Assembly: GCF_006438725.1 (NCBI RefSeq) | Contig: NZ_RCZD01000016.1 | Coordinates: 4,719 to 28,718 of the forward strand | Direction: 5' to 3' | Source of the DNA: Ewingella americana | Lineage (GTDB): Bacteria; Pseudomonadota; Gammaproteobacteria; Enterobacterales; Enterobacteriaceae | DNA length: 24,000 nt | Shown: one piece after another, positions 15,118 to 23,242 of the stretch | How the letters are laid out: each line of letters opens with the position of its first letter | Position numbering within the stretch: the first letter of the stretch is position 1 | Program-made: the position numbers and the translations under genes | The notes under the pieces: model-generated | What the model was told of the DNA's origin: nothing | Seen by the model: only the letters and a program-made list of their open reading frames with translations | Database searches by the model: none

Positions 15118-15942
15118 ATGGCAAGCATGAAAGACTCGATGTTTGATATTGAAGCTGAACGCTTTGATAAATGGCTTGAGGAAAATTATCCGGATGTTGT
15201 ACCTGACTCTGAAGAGTGGGAGCAGGCTACGAATCTATATTACTGGGAGCAGGATGCGCTTGCAGATCAGGCTCAGTGGGATCATGAACACGGTCTGTTT
15301 GTGGCTTCCCTGAGCAATGTTCATCAACGTTACCTGCACGCAAACCAGGAACTGAAGAAGTTGTGGGCCTTACTTGATAATCCACAGCCGGAACTTGTAT
15401 ACCGGATGTCCTTCGTCCATGCCGTGACGGTCATGGAGGCGTACCTGATGTACTGTGCCAGGGCGCTGCTGGAGTACGACCGGCCGCTCAGACGCTTTCA
15501 GGATGAGTATTACCTGAAGTCGAATACCAAACGTATTAAAAATACAGACAAGCAGGCTGCCCGCGAGATGTCGCTTTCCCTTTTCCGGCCTGCTGCGAGA
15601 AATTACGTCTCCGGCATGACGTTTCACAACGTCAAAAAAATTGAGCGCTATTTTGGCACTGTGCTGCATGTGCCGCCCGTCTGGCCTCTCACGCCTCTTG
15701 GCATCATCACGCAGTGGCGCAACGACCTGGTCCACCGGAATGGTGTGGATGAGCAGGATGTGCCGCTCGCTTTATCACCGCTGCAGCTACAAAACGCCCT
15801 GCAGAAGGTTTATGAACTGATATCTGCGGCTAACATTTCAATGCGGCAGGAAGTGGATTTATTCGGTGACGGCCGTACGGAAGAAAACAGAGAAATTATT
15901 GCTTCAGCGCTTAACATATCTTCAACCAGAGACGCATCCTGA
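15118..15942 (+). CDS. hypothetical protein with a C-terminal HEPN-like R-x4-H motif (274 aa)
   Basis: ATG at 15118 preferred (GAGAGG 10 nt upstream) over the TTG at 15070. All-helical-looking sequence with WRNDLVHRNG (nt 15718-15735). The stop overlaps the recombinase ATG (TGATG). Confidence 0.55.
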   Translation: MASMKDSMFDIEAERFDKWLEENYPDVVPDSEEWEQATNLYYWEQDALADQAQWDHEHGLFVASLSNVHQRYLHANQELKKLWALLDNPQPELVYRMSFVHAVTVMEAYLMYCARALLEYDRPLRRFQDEYYLKSNTKRIKNTDKQAAREMSLSLFRPAARNYVSGMTFHNVKKIERYFGTVLHVPPVWPLTPLGIITQWRNDLVHRNGVDEQDVPLALSPLQLQNALQKVYELISAANISMRQEVDLFGDGRTEENREIIASALNISSTRDAS

Positions 15943-16718
15943 TGACTGGACTCATTACCCTGGGGCAGCAGTCTTTCCCTGTCGCTCAGTTACCCGTGGC
16001 CATCGACTATCCCGCCGCGCTGGGACTTCGCAAGATGGCCCTAGTCCAGGACGACCTGCCGAAATACCTGCTGGCCCCGGAGGTGAGCGCGCTGCTCCAC
16101 TACGTGCCGGACCTGCACCGCAAGATGCTGCTGGCGACGCTCTGGAATACGGGTGCGCGCATTAACGAAGCGCTGGCCCTGACCCGGGGGGATTTTTCCC
16201 TGGCACCGCCTTATCCGTTCGTGCAGTTGGCGACGCTCAAGCAACGCGCAGAGAAAGCGGCGAGAACGGCCGGGCGGGCACCCGCCGGCAGCCAGGCACT
16301 TCGCCTGATCCCCCTCTCTGATCACCTGTACGTCAGCCAGCTACAGATGATGGTGGCCACGCTGAAAATTCCGCTGGAGCGACGCAATAAGCGAACCGGT
16401 AAGACCGAAAAGGCGCGCATCTGGGAGATCACCGACCGCACGGTGCGCAGCTGGATTAATGAGGCGGTAGACGCGGCCGCCGCCGACGGCGTGACGTTCT
16501 CGGTGCCGGTGACACCGCACACCTTCCGGCACAGCTACGCCATGCACATGCTGTACGCCGGTATTCCGCTCAAGGTGCTGCAGAGCCTGATGGGTCACAA
16601 GTCGGTCAGCTCGACAGAGGTGTATACGAAGGTATTTGCGCTGGACGTGGCGGCCCGCCATCGGGTGCAGTTCTCCATGCCCGGAGCCGACGCTGTAGCT
16701 ATGCTGAAGCATCGGTGA
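15942..16718 (+). CDS. tyrosine site-specific recombinase (plasmid resolvase/integrase-type)
   Basis: 258 aa. TGARINEAL (Arg), HTFRHSYAMHML (His-x-x-Arg), LMGHKSVSSTEVYT (His and the nucleophile Tyr). Confidence 0.9.
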   Translation: MTGLITLGQQSFPVAQLPVAIDYPAALGLRKMALVQDDLPKYLLAPEVSALLHYVPDLHRKMLLATLWNTGARINEALALTRGDFSLAPPYPFVQLATLKQRAEKAARTAGRAPAGSQALRLIPLSDHLYVSQLQMMVATLKIPLERRNKRTGKTEKARIWEITDRTVRSWINEAVDAAAADGVTFSVPVTPHTFRHSYAMHMLYAGIPLKVLQSLMGHKSVSSTEVYTKVFALDVAARHRVQFSMPGADAVAMLKHR

Positions 16719-16946
16719 TGAAGATAAACCCATCTTCCACGAAGGTATCTCATTACTTTTTAGAAAATGGAAAACGTATATCATTGCGTAAAAGCGCAGG
16801 GGAATTTCTGTGTCTGTGACGCATAATCATCTTTGAGCAGAATGAGTATCCCTATCCAACTGTTTAATAAAGATAATATTTAATTCTGTTTTTACTGCCT
16901 AACGTTCATATTCTTGTAATTATTATATACGCAGTGTGACATCCTC

Positions 16947-17334
16947 ATGAAAATGACTTTGTTGGAACTTTTAAAGATTACTGGCCCATGCCCAAGCTCA
17001 CAACTAGTTGAAGAACTAGTTGCAAGAAATGGTCTCACCAAAGTAGCAGCACGCCAGCAAATTTCTCGGGCGGTAAGGGCCGGTGGAATACTGAGTCTTG
17101 ATAAGGTGCTTCCTAAAAATGAGCGGTTTATTTATTTGCGTAAACACTATGGGTCGGAAGACTATTGGTCTAATTTAGCAGAGTCACTCCAAGCTTCAGG
17201 CTCGGCACATGGATTAGCTTTAGGGGCTACCATCGCTCGAGGTGGCATTATTCCGGTCGGCCACTTTCCTAGTGCGAGTGGCTCCCCCGTAGCCATGAAG
17301 GGAAGGTTGTCTCATTTTTCTGTGTTAGAGAGTT
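16947..17334 (+). pseudogene. wHTH-like hypothetical gene, 3' end replaced by the IS end
   Basis: The N-terminus LLELLKITGPCPSSQLVEELVARNGLTKVAARQQISRAVRAGGI looks like a winged helix. The reading frame runs straight into the IS inverted repeat at 17335, and its last 19 codons are IS sequence. Confidence 0.45.
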
Positions 17335-17982
17335 TGATCTTACCCAGCAATAGTGGACACGCGACTAAGGGCGAAAGCCGCCCGGAAGTTTAGCCCGGTC
17401 AGCTACCGTGAACATAGTCTGCCGGTATCGAATAATCTGTTGGAGCAGGACTTCAGCGCTGACGGCCCGAACCAGAAGTGGGCGGGTGACATCACATATC
17501 TGCGCACGGACGAAGGCTGGCTGTACCTGGCGGTGGTCATCGATCTGTGGTCACGTTCCGTCATTGGCTGGTCGATGTCGTCGCGCATGACAGCCCAACT
17601 GGCCTGCGATGCGCTGCAAATGGCGCTCTGGCGGCGTAAACGCCCGAAAAATGTCATCGTTCACACGGAACGTGGTGGGCAGTACTGTTCATCGGACTAT
17701 CAGACCTTGCTGAAACGCCATAATCTACGTGGAAGCATGAGCGCAAAAGGTTGTTGTTATGACAATGCCTGCGTGGAAAGCTTCTTTCACTCGCTGAAAG
17801 TGGAATGTATCCACGGAGAGCGCTTTAGCAGCCGTGAAATGATGCGGATGACGGTGTTTAACTATATTGAGTGCGATTACAATCGCTGGCGTCGCCACAG
17901 TGCCTGCGGCGGTCTCAGCCCGGAACAATTTGAAAACTAGAACCTCGCTTAGAGCCGTGTCCACATTACGTGGGTAAGATCA
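17335..17982 (+). mobile_element. internally deleted IS3-family element retaining both terminal inverted repeats
   Basis: IRL TGATCTTACCCAGCAATAGTGGACACG (17335-17361) matches the reverse complement of 17956-17982 at 22/27 positions, with TG...CA termini. At 648 bp it is too short for an IS3-family IS. There is no orfA and only the 3' part of orfB. Confidence 0.8.
17353..17940 (+). pseudogene. IS3-family transposase OrfB fragment (DDE domain, N-terminally truncated)
   Basis: [49 protein letters not shown]. Recognisable homology starts near 17400. Glu sits where the second catalytic Asp is expected. Confidence 0.8.
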
Positions 17983-18127
17983 ATGAGTGTCAATCGAGTC
18001 TAGGGATCATTAATTGAAGGTGCAGATAAAACTCATGGAATCTAGGCAGCGCTTGCGGCAAATTCTGGGCTGATAGGGAACACAATTAGAGTCATCTTTG
18101 TGAGTACTCCGCTACCATAAAGATATA

Positions 18128-18153
18128 ATAAAAACCGCCTATTTGGCGGTTTG
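18128..18153 (-). terminator. rho-independent terminator of the six-gene operon
   Basis: Minus strand reads AAACCGCC-AAATA-GGCGGTTT followed by TTATTATAT, about 85 nt below the ATP-grasp stop. Confidence 0.6.
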
Positions 18154-18237
18154 GATACAGTGAAATAACAATGAATTACTGCAAATAAAAACTATCTAAC
18201 AGAAAATTTTAAGAATCTAATGTTTCATTTTTTATTT

Positions 18238-19497
18238 TCACTTCATGCTTATGAGCACACCCGCTTTTTCTAAATCGGTAACACGCTGTGCGTCGGCAAT
18301 CAGCATCTTCCTATCAGAATTGAAAAGGACTACACGTCCATAAGAAGTGACTAAGTCGGTTGTTTTTTCGAGATAGTCTCCGACTTCATATTTGCACACT
18401 GTAAAACCATAGCTATTCAGGGATGAGCATTGCGATTCAATGTTCACCGATTTCAGAGTGCCTGATTGAGGTGAACTGAGAAAGTACTCTAAAGCGTAAC
18501 TCTTCAGTAGGGGCTTAGTCTTTGTTCTATCTGCAAACTCGCTTGGCGAAATGCGGGCGATCAGGCTTAAATCAATGAGTGAGTGAGAATTACACTCTTC
18601 TACAAGACGAGGGCCAAGTCCGCCGTGCATTCGAGCACCTGTTTCAACCAGAACAGGGCCTGTAACAGACATTATGATTTCGTTATGGGAAGTACCGTTG
18701 CGAACACCTAGTGAGGTAAGAACTGTTTTAACGTAGTCGACAAGCGTCGTGTGTTCATCGACTGGTTCGATAATCATCTGACGATAAATAGGGACACCGT
18801 TAATTTCCTGCTTTACGTACCTGAAGATATTCACAACGTAATGTTCACCATCACTGCTGACAGCATCTACAACATACTCTGTACCCTCGATTTTTTGCTC
18901 AATCAGGAGTTCTTCATTTCTGCTTCCTGAATAGTCAAATGTATTAATTAGTTCACAGAAAGCTCGCTCAACCTCTGATGTGCTCTTACAGAATAAAACA
19001 CCTTCAGTTCCGAATGAACGGACCGGTTTAATTACGTATTCTCTGAATGGATTATCCGTGCACCATTTCAAAATCTCTTGAAGATTACCCGATTTATAAT
19101 GTGGAATGTGGCGAATACCATCCTGTTTTAGCTGGTACTGCATGAGATATTTATCACGCCGTGCCTGGCTAAGTTCAAATATATTAGGCAGTAACTCCCA
19201 CTCTTTACAGAGTCTGTCAAAGACGTTAACACCTGGCTCTGAACCACAGACAATGAAATCAGGTGCATGACCGATTTCAGACTCGATCTGTTGTAAGGTT
19301 TCCGTATGAGACTGATAGTAAAAAACCTTCGAATATTCATCATGCTTGAAGGTGGCCATTACGGCAGACGGTAGGCGGTCATTTGTAATAAGTGCCATAA
19401 CATCGTAGCCAAAGAGAGATTTTATTCTATTGGAAAAAGCAGCACCGCTGGAGAAGGGGTCAACGACCAAAACACATTTATTATTTCTCATTTTCAT
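18238..19497 (-). CDS. ATP-grasp family ligase (carboxylate-amine / L-amino-acid-ligase-like)
   Basis: 419 aa. ATP-grasp-type blocks EYVIKPVRSFGTEGV, LIEQKIEGTEYVVD and SHNEIIMSVTGPVLVETGARMHGG. Confidence 0.8.
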   Translation of the reverse strand: MKMRNNKCVLVVDPFSSGAAFSNRIKSLFGYDVMALITNDRLPSAVMATFKHDEYSKVFYYQSHTETLQQIESEIGHAPDFIVCGSEPGVNVFDRLCKEWELLPNIFELSQARRDKYLMQYQLKQDGIRHIPHYKSGNLQEILKWCTDNPFREYVIKPVRSFGTEGVLFCKSTSEVERAFCELINTFDYSGSRNEELLIEQKIEGTEYVVDAVSSDGEHYVVNIFRYVKQEINGVPIYRQMIIEPVDEHTTLVDYVKTVLTSLGVRNGTSHNEIIMSVTGPVLVETGARMHGGLGPRLVEECNSHSLIDLSLIARISPSEFADRTKTKPLLKSYALEYFLSSPQSGTLKSVNIESQCSSLNSYGFTVCKYEVGDYLEKTTDLVTSYGRVVLFNSDRKMLIADAQRVTDLEKAGVLISMK

Positions 19498-19514
19498 TCC
19501 TTAAGTTAATGAAT

Positions 19515-20543
19515 TCAGATTATTTCAATGACTACGTTTTTATCAGGGAATGAGCAGCACGCAAGATGAATATTTTCTGCTTTATCTTTTGCAGACAGAC
19601 AGAAGTCAGGCTCACTTCGAACACTGCCGCTTTCTAATCTAAACTTGCAACTTCCGCAGATGCCAGCGCGGCAAATATTTCTGATAGAAATATCGTGCTG
19701 TATCAGGTTATCAAGGACCGTTTTTTCGGTATCGACTGATATTTCACGTTTCTGATTTATAACCGTCAGGCTTCCTGATGAGTTAACGAGACTTGTGGTT
19801 CCGGTCGCTGCCTTTTGAATGGAGCTGAATGCCTCGACAGCAACGGCAGAATGCGGAAAACGCTTTTGGAAAGCTGACACCATTGTCTCTGCAAACCCCG
19901 CACTGCCACATATAATAGCCATTTCAGGGGAGGGGGTTATTTCGGCTGACGTCATATCTATTCTACCGGGTCTGATAAAATCAGTATTTTTATCGAGTAC
20001 GGCTCGAGTCACATTAATGCGCAGATTAAACCAGTCGCATCGTGAATGGAGGTCAAGCAATTCATTCAAGTATGGGACGGAACCTAAGTCGTTACAACTC
20101 AACATCAGCATGACTATTTTTCCGGGTGCACTGTATCCATAATATCTGAAGCATTCGCGTATAAGTGCAAGAGGCAGGGTTATTCCGATTCCGCCTGCTA
20201 CAAGGAGAACATTATTCTTTCCTCTAATCGAGTCAAAAGTTATTTCTCCTCCTCGCGCCGATACTTCAATTTCTTTTCTATTAACAAACAGCTGACTGAT
20301 AACAGACGAAGCACTTTCTTCGCCTTTATCCTCGATGATAAAATCGTAATACCCCCCCTTTCCCACGGATACCAGTGTATAACATCGTTGGAGAGGAAAA
20401 TCATTTTCATCCCTAAAGTGAAAACTGAAATATTCACCCGGTGCGCAAGGTATGTTATTAAATTTACTGCTGTTCGTAGGTTTAAGGCGAAACATTCTTA
20501 TCCTTGTTGTTAACAAGGATGATTCATCACAAATAAGTTTCAT
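19515..20543 (-). CDS. FNR-family flavin reductase fused to a plant-type 2Fe-2S ferredoxin domain
   Basis: 342 aa. RCYTLVS (RxYS/T FAD site), LLVAGGIGITLP (NAD(P)H site), C-terminal CRAGICGSC...LACC (C-x4-C-x2-C...C). Confidence 0.85.
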   Translation of the reverse strand: MKLICDESSLLTTRIRMFRLKPTNSSKFNNIPCAPGEYFSFHFRDENDFPLQRCYTLVSVGKGGYYDFIIEDKGEESASSVISQLFVNRKEIEVSARGGEITFDSIRGKNNVLLVAGGIGITLPLALIRECFRYYGYSAPGKIVMLMLSCNDLGSVPYLNELLDLHSRCDWFNLRINVTRAVLDKNTDFIRPGRIDMTSAEITPSPEMAIICGSAGFAETMVSAFQKRFPHSAVAVEAFSSIQKAATGTTSLVNSSGSLTVINQKREISVDTEKTVLDNLIQHDISIRNICRAGICGSCKFRLESGSVRSEPDFCLSAKDKAENIHLACCSFPDKNVVIEII

Positions 20544-20558
20544 TTTATAAGTTTGCCT

Positions 20559-21464
20559 TTACAGACCAATCCTAGAAATAACCTTTTCCGCTGAATCGAG
20601 ATAAATACTTATCTCATTACAACGCTGCGTTTCTGATACTATTTCCTTTGCATAGGGCATACCAACAAGGCTGAAAATATTTTCCCACGCACCTAATTCA
20701 TTATCCGCAAAGAGATCGACCGTTTTAAGCATGATATCCCTAAGGTATTTTCTTTCGCTCAAGCTGAGGTCACGAACAATGTCGTAGGCTACATAACTGA
20801 ATACGCTTGAATGACTCCATTCATCCTCGGCATGAATACGTGTTACTTCATGACATACCTTTTGAATACTTCTGTCTTCTGCCATCACTTTTAGATAGTC
20901 AGTTATCAAAGTCTCGCTGGCACAGGCGACTGCAAAGCGGGTAAGTCGCCTCTGCCAATCGGCGCTGCAGCCCGCAAGTATCTGCCTGCGCCATGCGATG
21001 AGATTGAAATTCGTATAGTTTAACGGTTTAAGTCCACGCCGGTCGTAGATGTAATTAGACGCCATGACTGACATTCGCGTATGCAACGCTTCATCCAGTA
21101 GTGCTTCTGACATGACGTCCTGGAGTTCGACTCTATTGGGCGAATTGAGCGGTGGGCATTTTATTATGTCTTCACATGCGGGCGTGACAATATCGCATTC
21201 GATATAGATAGTTTTGAGATTATATATACCCCAGGCATAAGACAGACAACGATCCTTAACCTCTTCAGGTGCTTCTTGCCAAGCATCGTGCTGCCTGAAT
21301 GGAAGCAGAGACTCGCTGAAATCCTTTTTAGATGCGTCAAATTCAAGTTCGGAATATTCAGGGTGTCTGTTATTAACCGCTGCTCGGTTCTTCCAGAGTG
21401 CTGACAATTTTGTCAGCATGAGGGCGACATTTTCACTGTCGGGTACTACAAAATTAGCGGACAT
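20559..21464 (-). CDS. AurF-like diiron (ferritin-like) oxygenase, putative N-oxygenase
   Basis: 301 aa. Candidate metal ligands E89, E125-x2-H128, E184 and H211-x3-E215-x2-H218. Their spacing matches the AurF ligand set as I recall it. Confidence 0.7.
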   Translation of the reverse strand: MSANFVVPDSENVALMLTKLSALWKNRAAVNNRHPEYSELEFDASKKDFSESLLPFRQHDAWQEAPEEVKDRCLSYAWGIYNLKTIYIECDIVTPACEDIIKCPPLNSPNRVELQDVMSEALLDEALHTRMSVMASNYIYDRRGLKPLNYTNFNLIAWRRQILAGCSADWQRRLTRFAVACASETLITDYLKVMAEDRSIQKVCHEVTRIHAEDEWSHSSVFSYVAYDIVRDLSLSERKYLRDIMLKTVDLFADNELGAWENIFSLVGMPYAKEIVSETQRCNEISIYLDSAEKVISRIGL

Positions 21465-21494
21465 AAATTACTCCTTTAACTTTTGACTGCGAAA

Positions 21495-22679
21495 TTAATG
21501 TTCATTTTTGACACGAATTAAACTCATGAAAATTGCTCCGGCAAAAGCAAGTCCCGCAGAGATGACCAGCGTATTTTCCCAATGCCCACCATCAAGTAAA
21601 TCCCCGTAGATCATGGCTGAAAGCGCACTCCCAAGATAAAAAGAAAGCTGCCTTATGCTGGTAGACAATAGCGTTCTATCTTTAGAAAAACCGGTAATTG
21701 CCAGCGTATCCAAAAGTGGCATCAGGCAGTAGTTGAGAAGAAGTCTTATGAAATATAGAGTAATAAAAATTGCCGCAGGAACATGCAATGATTGGAAGAA
21801 TAAGCATGCAGCTGTCAGTACACCAGCAACGAGCACGGTAGGTTTCAATGAGAAGCGTTTCACTAATAGAGGGGCAAATATTGCTCCTACAATGCTGACA
21901 ATCTTATCCCCACCCATAACCAGGGAGATCTCGCTGACATTCATGCTATAGGCTAGGTTGAATACTATATTAACGAAGCGAAAAATGAGTGTTATCGAAG
22001 CTCCGAGAAGCGAAGCCGCTATAAAAAGGACAATGAAATTGCCCCATTCCATATTCTTCATGTCAGAAAGCTGGCGGTCATCACTCCCGGGCTCAATAAC
22101 ACCCTGAATAGATTTAACACGGAAATATATCATCAGCAGGGAGAAGATGAATGATGCAGCGAGAATCCCTTGATAATTTCTTAGCGGTTCGGCCTGAGAA
22201 AAATGTGTAATAAGGCTGACCGCGAAAGAACCCGTCATTGCCGCTCCCAGGTAGGAGACAAAGAAGCAACTGAACAGTGTCGTCCTGCTTTTGGCATCTA
22301 TGTTCGATCCCATAAGGGAATTCCCAAGCGACAGTTGCGCGATCATTCCGGAAAGAATGAGTCCTAATGTAATGGCACTCGCCCATACTGTCGTTAGTAC
22401 TGGCAGTAGAATAAAGGGTAGTGAATATATGAATGCAAAAATAAGAAGCAACTTTTTCTGAGACATTCGCCTACTGGCAAAAATCAGTGGGATCACCGCG
22501 GCGGCCATCATCATCATGGCTACAGCATAAATGTGCCCGGTTGCCGTTTTATCTATGCCTCGAGCCTCTAGATAAAAGTTGTAAACGGCATCAAACATGC
22601 CATTGCTCAATCCCATTAGGAATGTGGCGATTAGAAAACTGCGCGCGGATGCTCCAAAATTTTTTACTTCACAAAACAT
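21495..22679 (-). CDS. MFS-type transporter
   Basis: 394 aa, about 12 hydrophobic segments, two-fold 6+6 organisation with a central charged loop (PGSDDRQLSDMKNMEW). Confidence 0.8.
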   Translation of the reverse strand: MFCEVKNFGASARSFLIATFLMGLSNGMFDAVYNFYLEARGIDKTATGHIYAVAMMMMAAAVIPLIFASRRMSQKKLLLIFAFIYSLPFILLPVLTTVWASAITLGLILSGMIAQLSLGNSLMGSNIDAKSRTTLFSCFFVSYLGAAMTGSFAVSLITHFSQAEPLRNYQGILAASFIFSLLMIYFRVKSIQGVIEPGSDDRQLSDMKNMEWGNFIVLFIAASLLGASITLIFRFVNIVFNLAYSMNVSEISLVMGGDKIVSIVGAIFAPLLVKRFSLKPTVLVAGVLTAACLFFQSLHVPAAIFITLYFIRLLLNYCLMPLLDTLAITGFSKDRTLLSTSIRQLSFYLGSALSAMIYGDLLDGGHWENTLVISAGLAFAGAIFMSLIRVKNEH

Positions 22680-22681
22680 CT

Positions 22682-23242
22682 TCAGTCCTTTGTTATGGCG
22701 TTGATTAACGGAATACCTGTAAATGCCTGAAATAGACGCTCACCTTCAAGCCATTCACCATAGCCAGCAGCGGTGTGAAGATGGCCAGCTGCGTGGAAGA
22801 TACGAGTTTCGCAACCCCATGTATCTGCGAGCGAACGGGCACGCGCCTCGCTGAGATGTTCATCATTGTCGCTATAAATAAGCAGTGAGCTAAATCCGAG
22901 ATGTTCTAAAGGCAATGGGCGCTGCAGCCTAATAGGTACAATCGCCGTTTCAGCATCTACGTCAGCCGGAGCTACAAGGATAAGAGCCCTTACTCTGCTA
23001 CATGAATGACTCGCGGCCCACTGTGTAATAGTTACGGAGCCGCAACTATGGCCGAGCAGCACTATATCGCCGTGGGTCTCTTCTATAACCTGACTGAGTC
23101 TGTCTACCCAAACAGGTGAGGGGGTATTCCAGTCCTCCTGCTGAACACGTACAACATTGCTATATTTTCTTTCCATGAATGACTGCCAGTGCTCCGGGCC
23201 TGAGTTCGTATAACCTGGGACAAGGATGTATATGGTATTCAT
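22682..23242 (-). CDS. alpha/beta serine hydrolase, YdeN/RBBP9-like (Ser_hydrolase family)
   Basis: 186 aa. N-terminal ILVPGYTNSGPEHWQ and nucleophile elbow LLGHSCG are typical of this family. The start overlaps the NAT stop (ATGA). Confidence 0.7.
   Translation of the reverse strand: MNTIYILVPGYTNSGPEHWQSFMERKYSNVVRVQQEDWNTPSPVWVDRLSQVIEETHGDIVLLGHSCGSVTITQWAASHSCSRVRALILVAPADVDAETAIVPIRLQRPLPLEHLGFSSLLIYSDNDEHLSEARARSLADTWGCETRIFHAAGHLHTAAGYGEWLEGERLFQAFTGIPLINAITKD

Noticed and set aside
16341-16784. 147-aa minus-strand ORF, with smaller ORFs at 16041-16325 and 16322-16522.
   Set aside because: Antisense to the well-supported tyrosine recombinase, and a typical GC-rich shadow frame.
16914-16936. 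TGTAATTATTATATACGCAGT upstream of the wHTH-like gene resembles the umuD LexA box.
   Set aside because: It does not satisfy CTGT-N8-ACAG: it has TTGT and ACGC arms and the wrong spacing. It is likely AT-rich coincidence.
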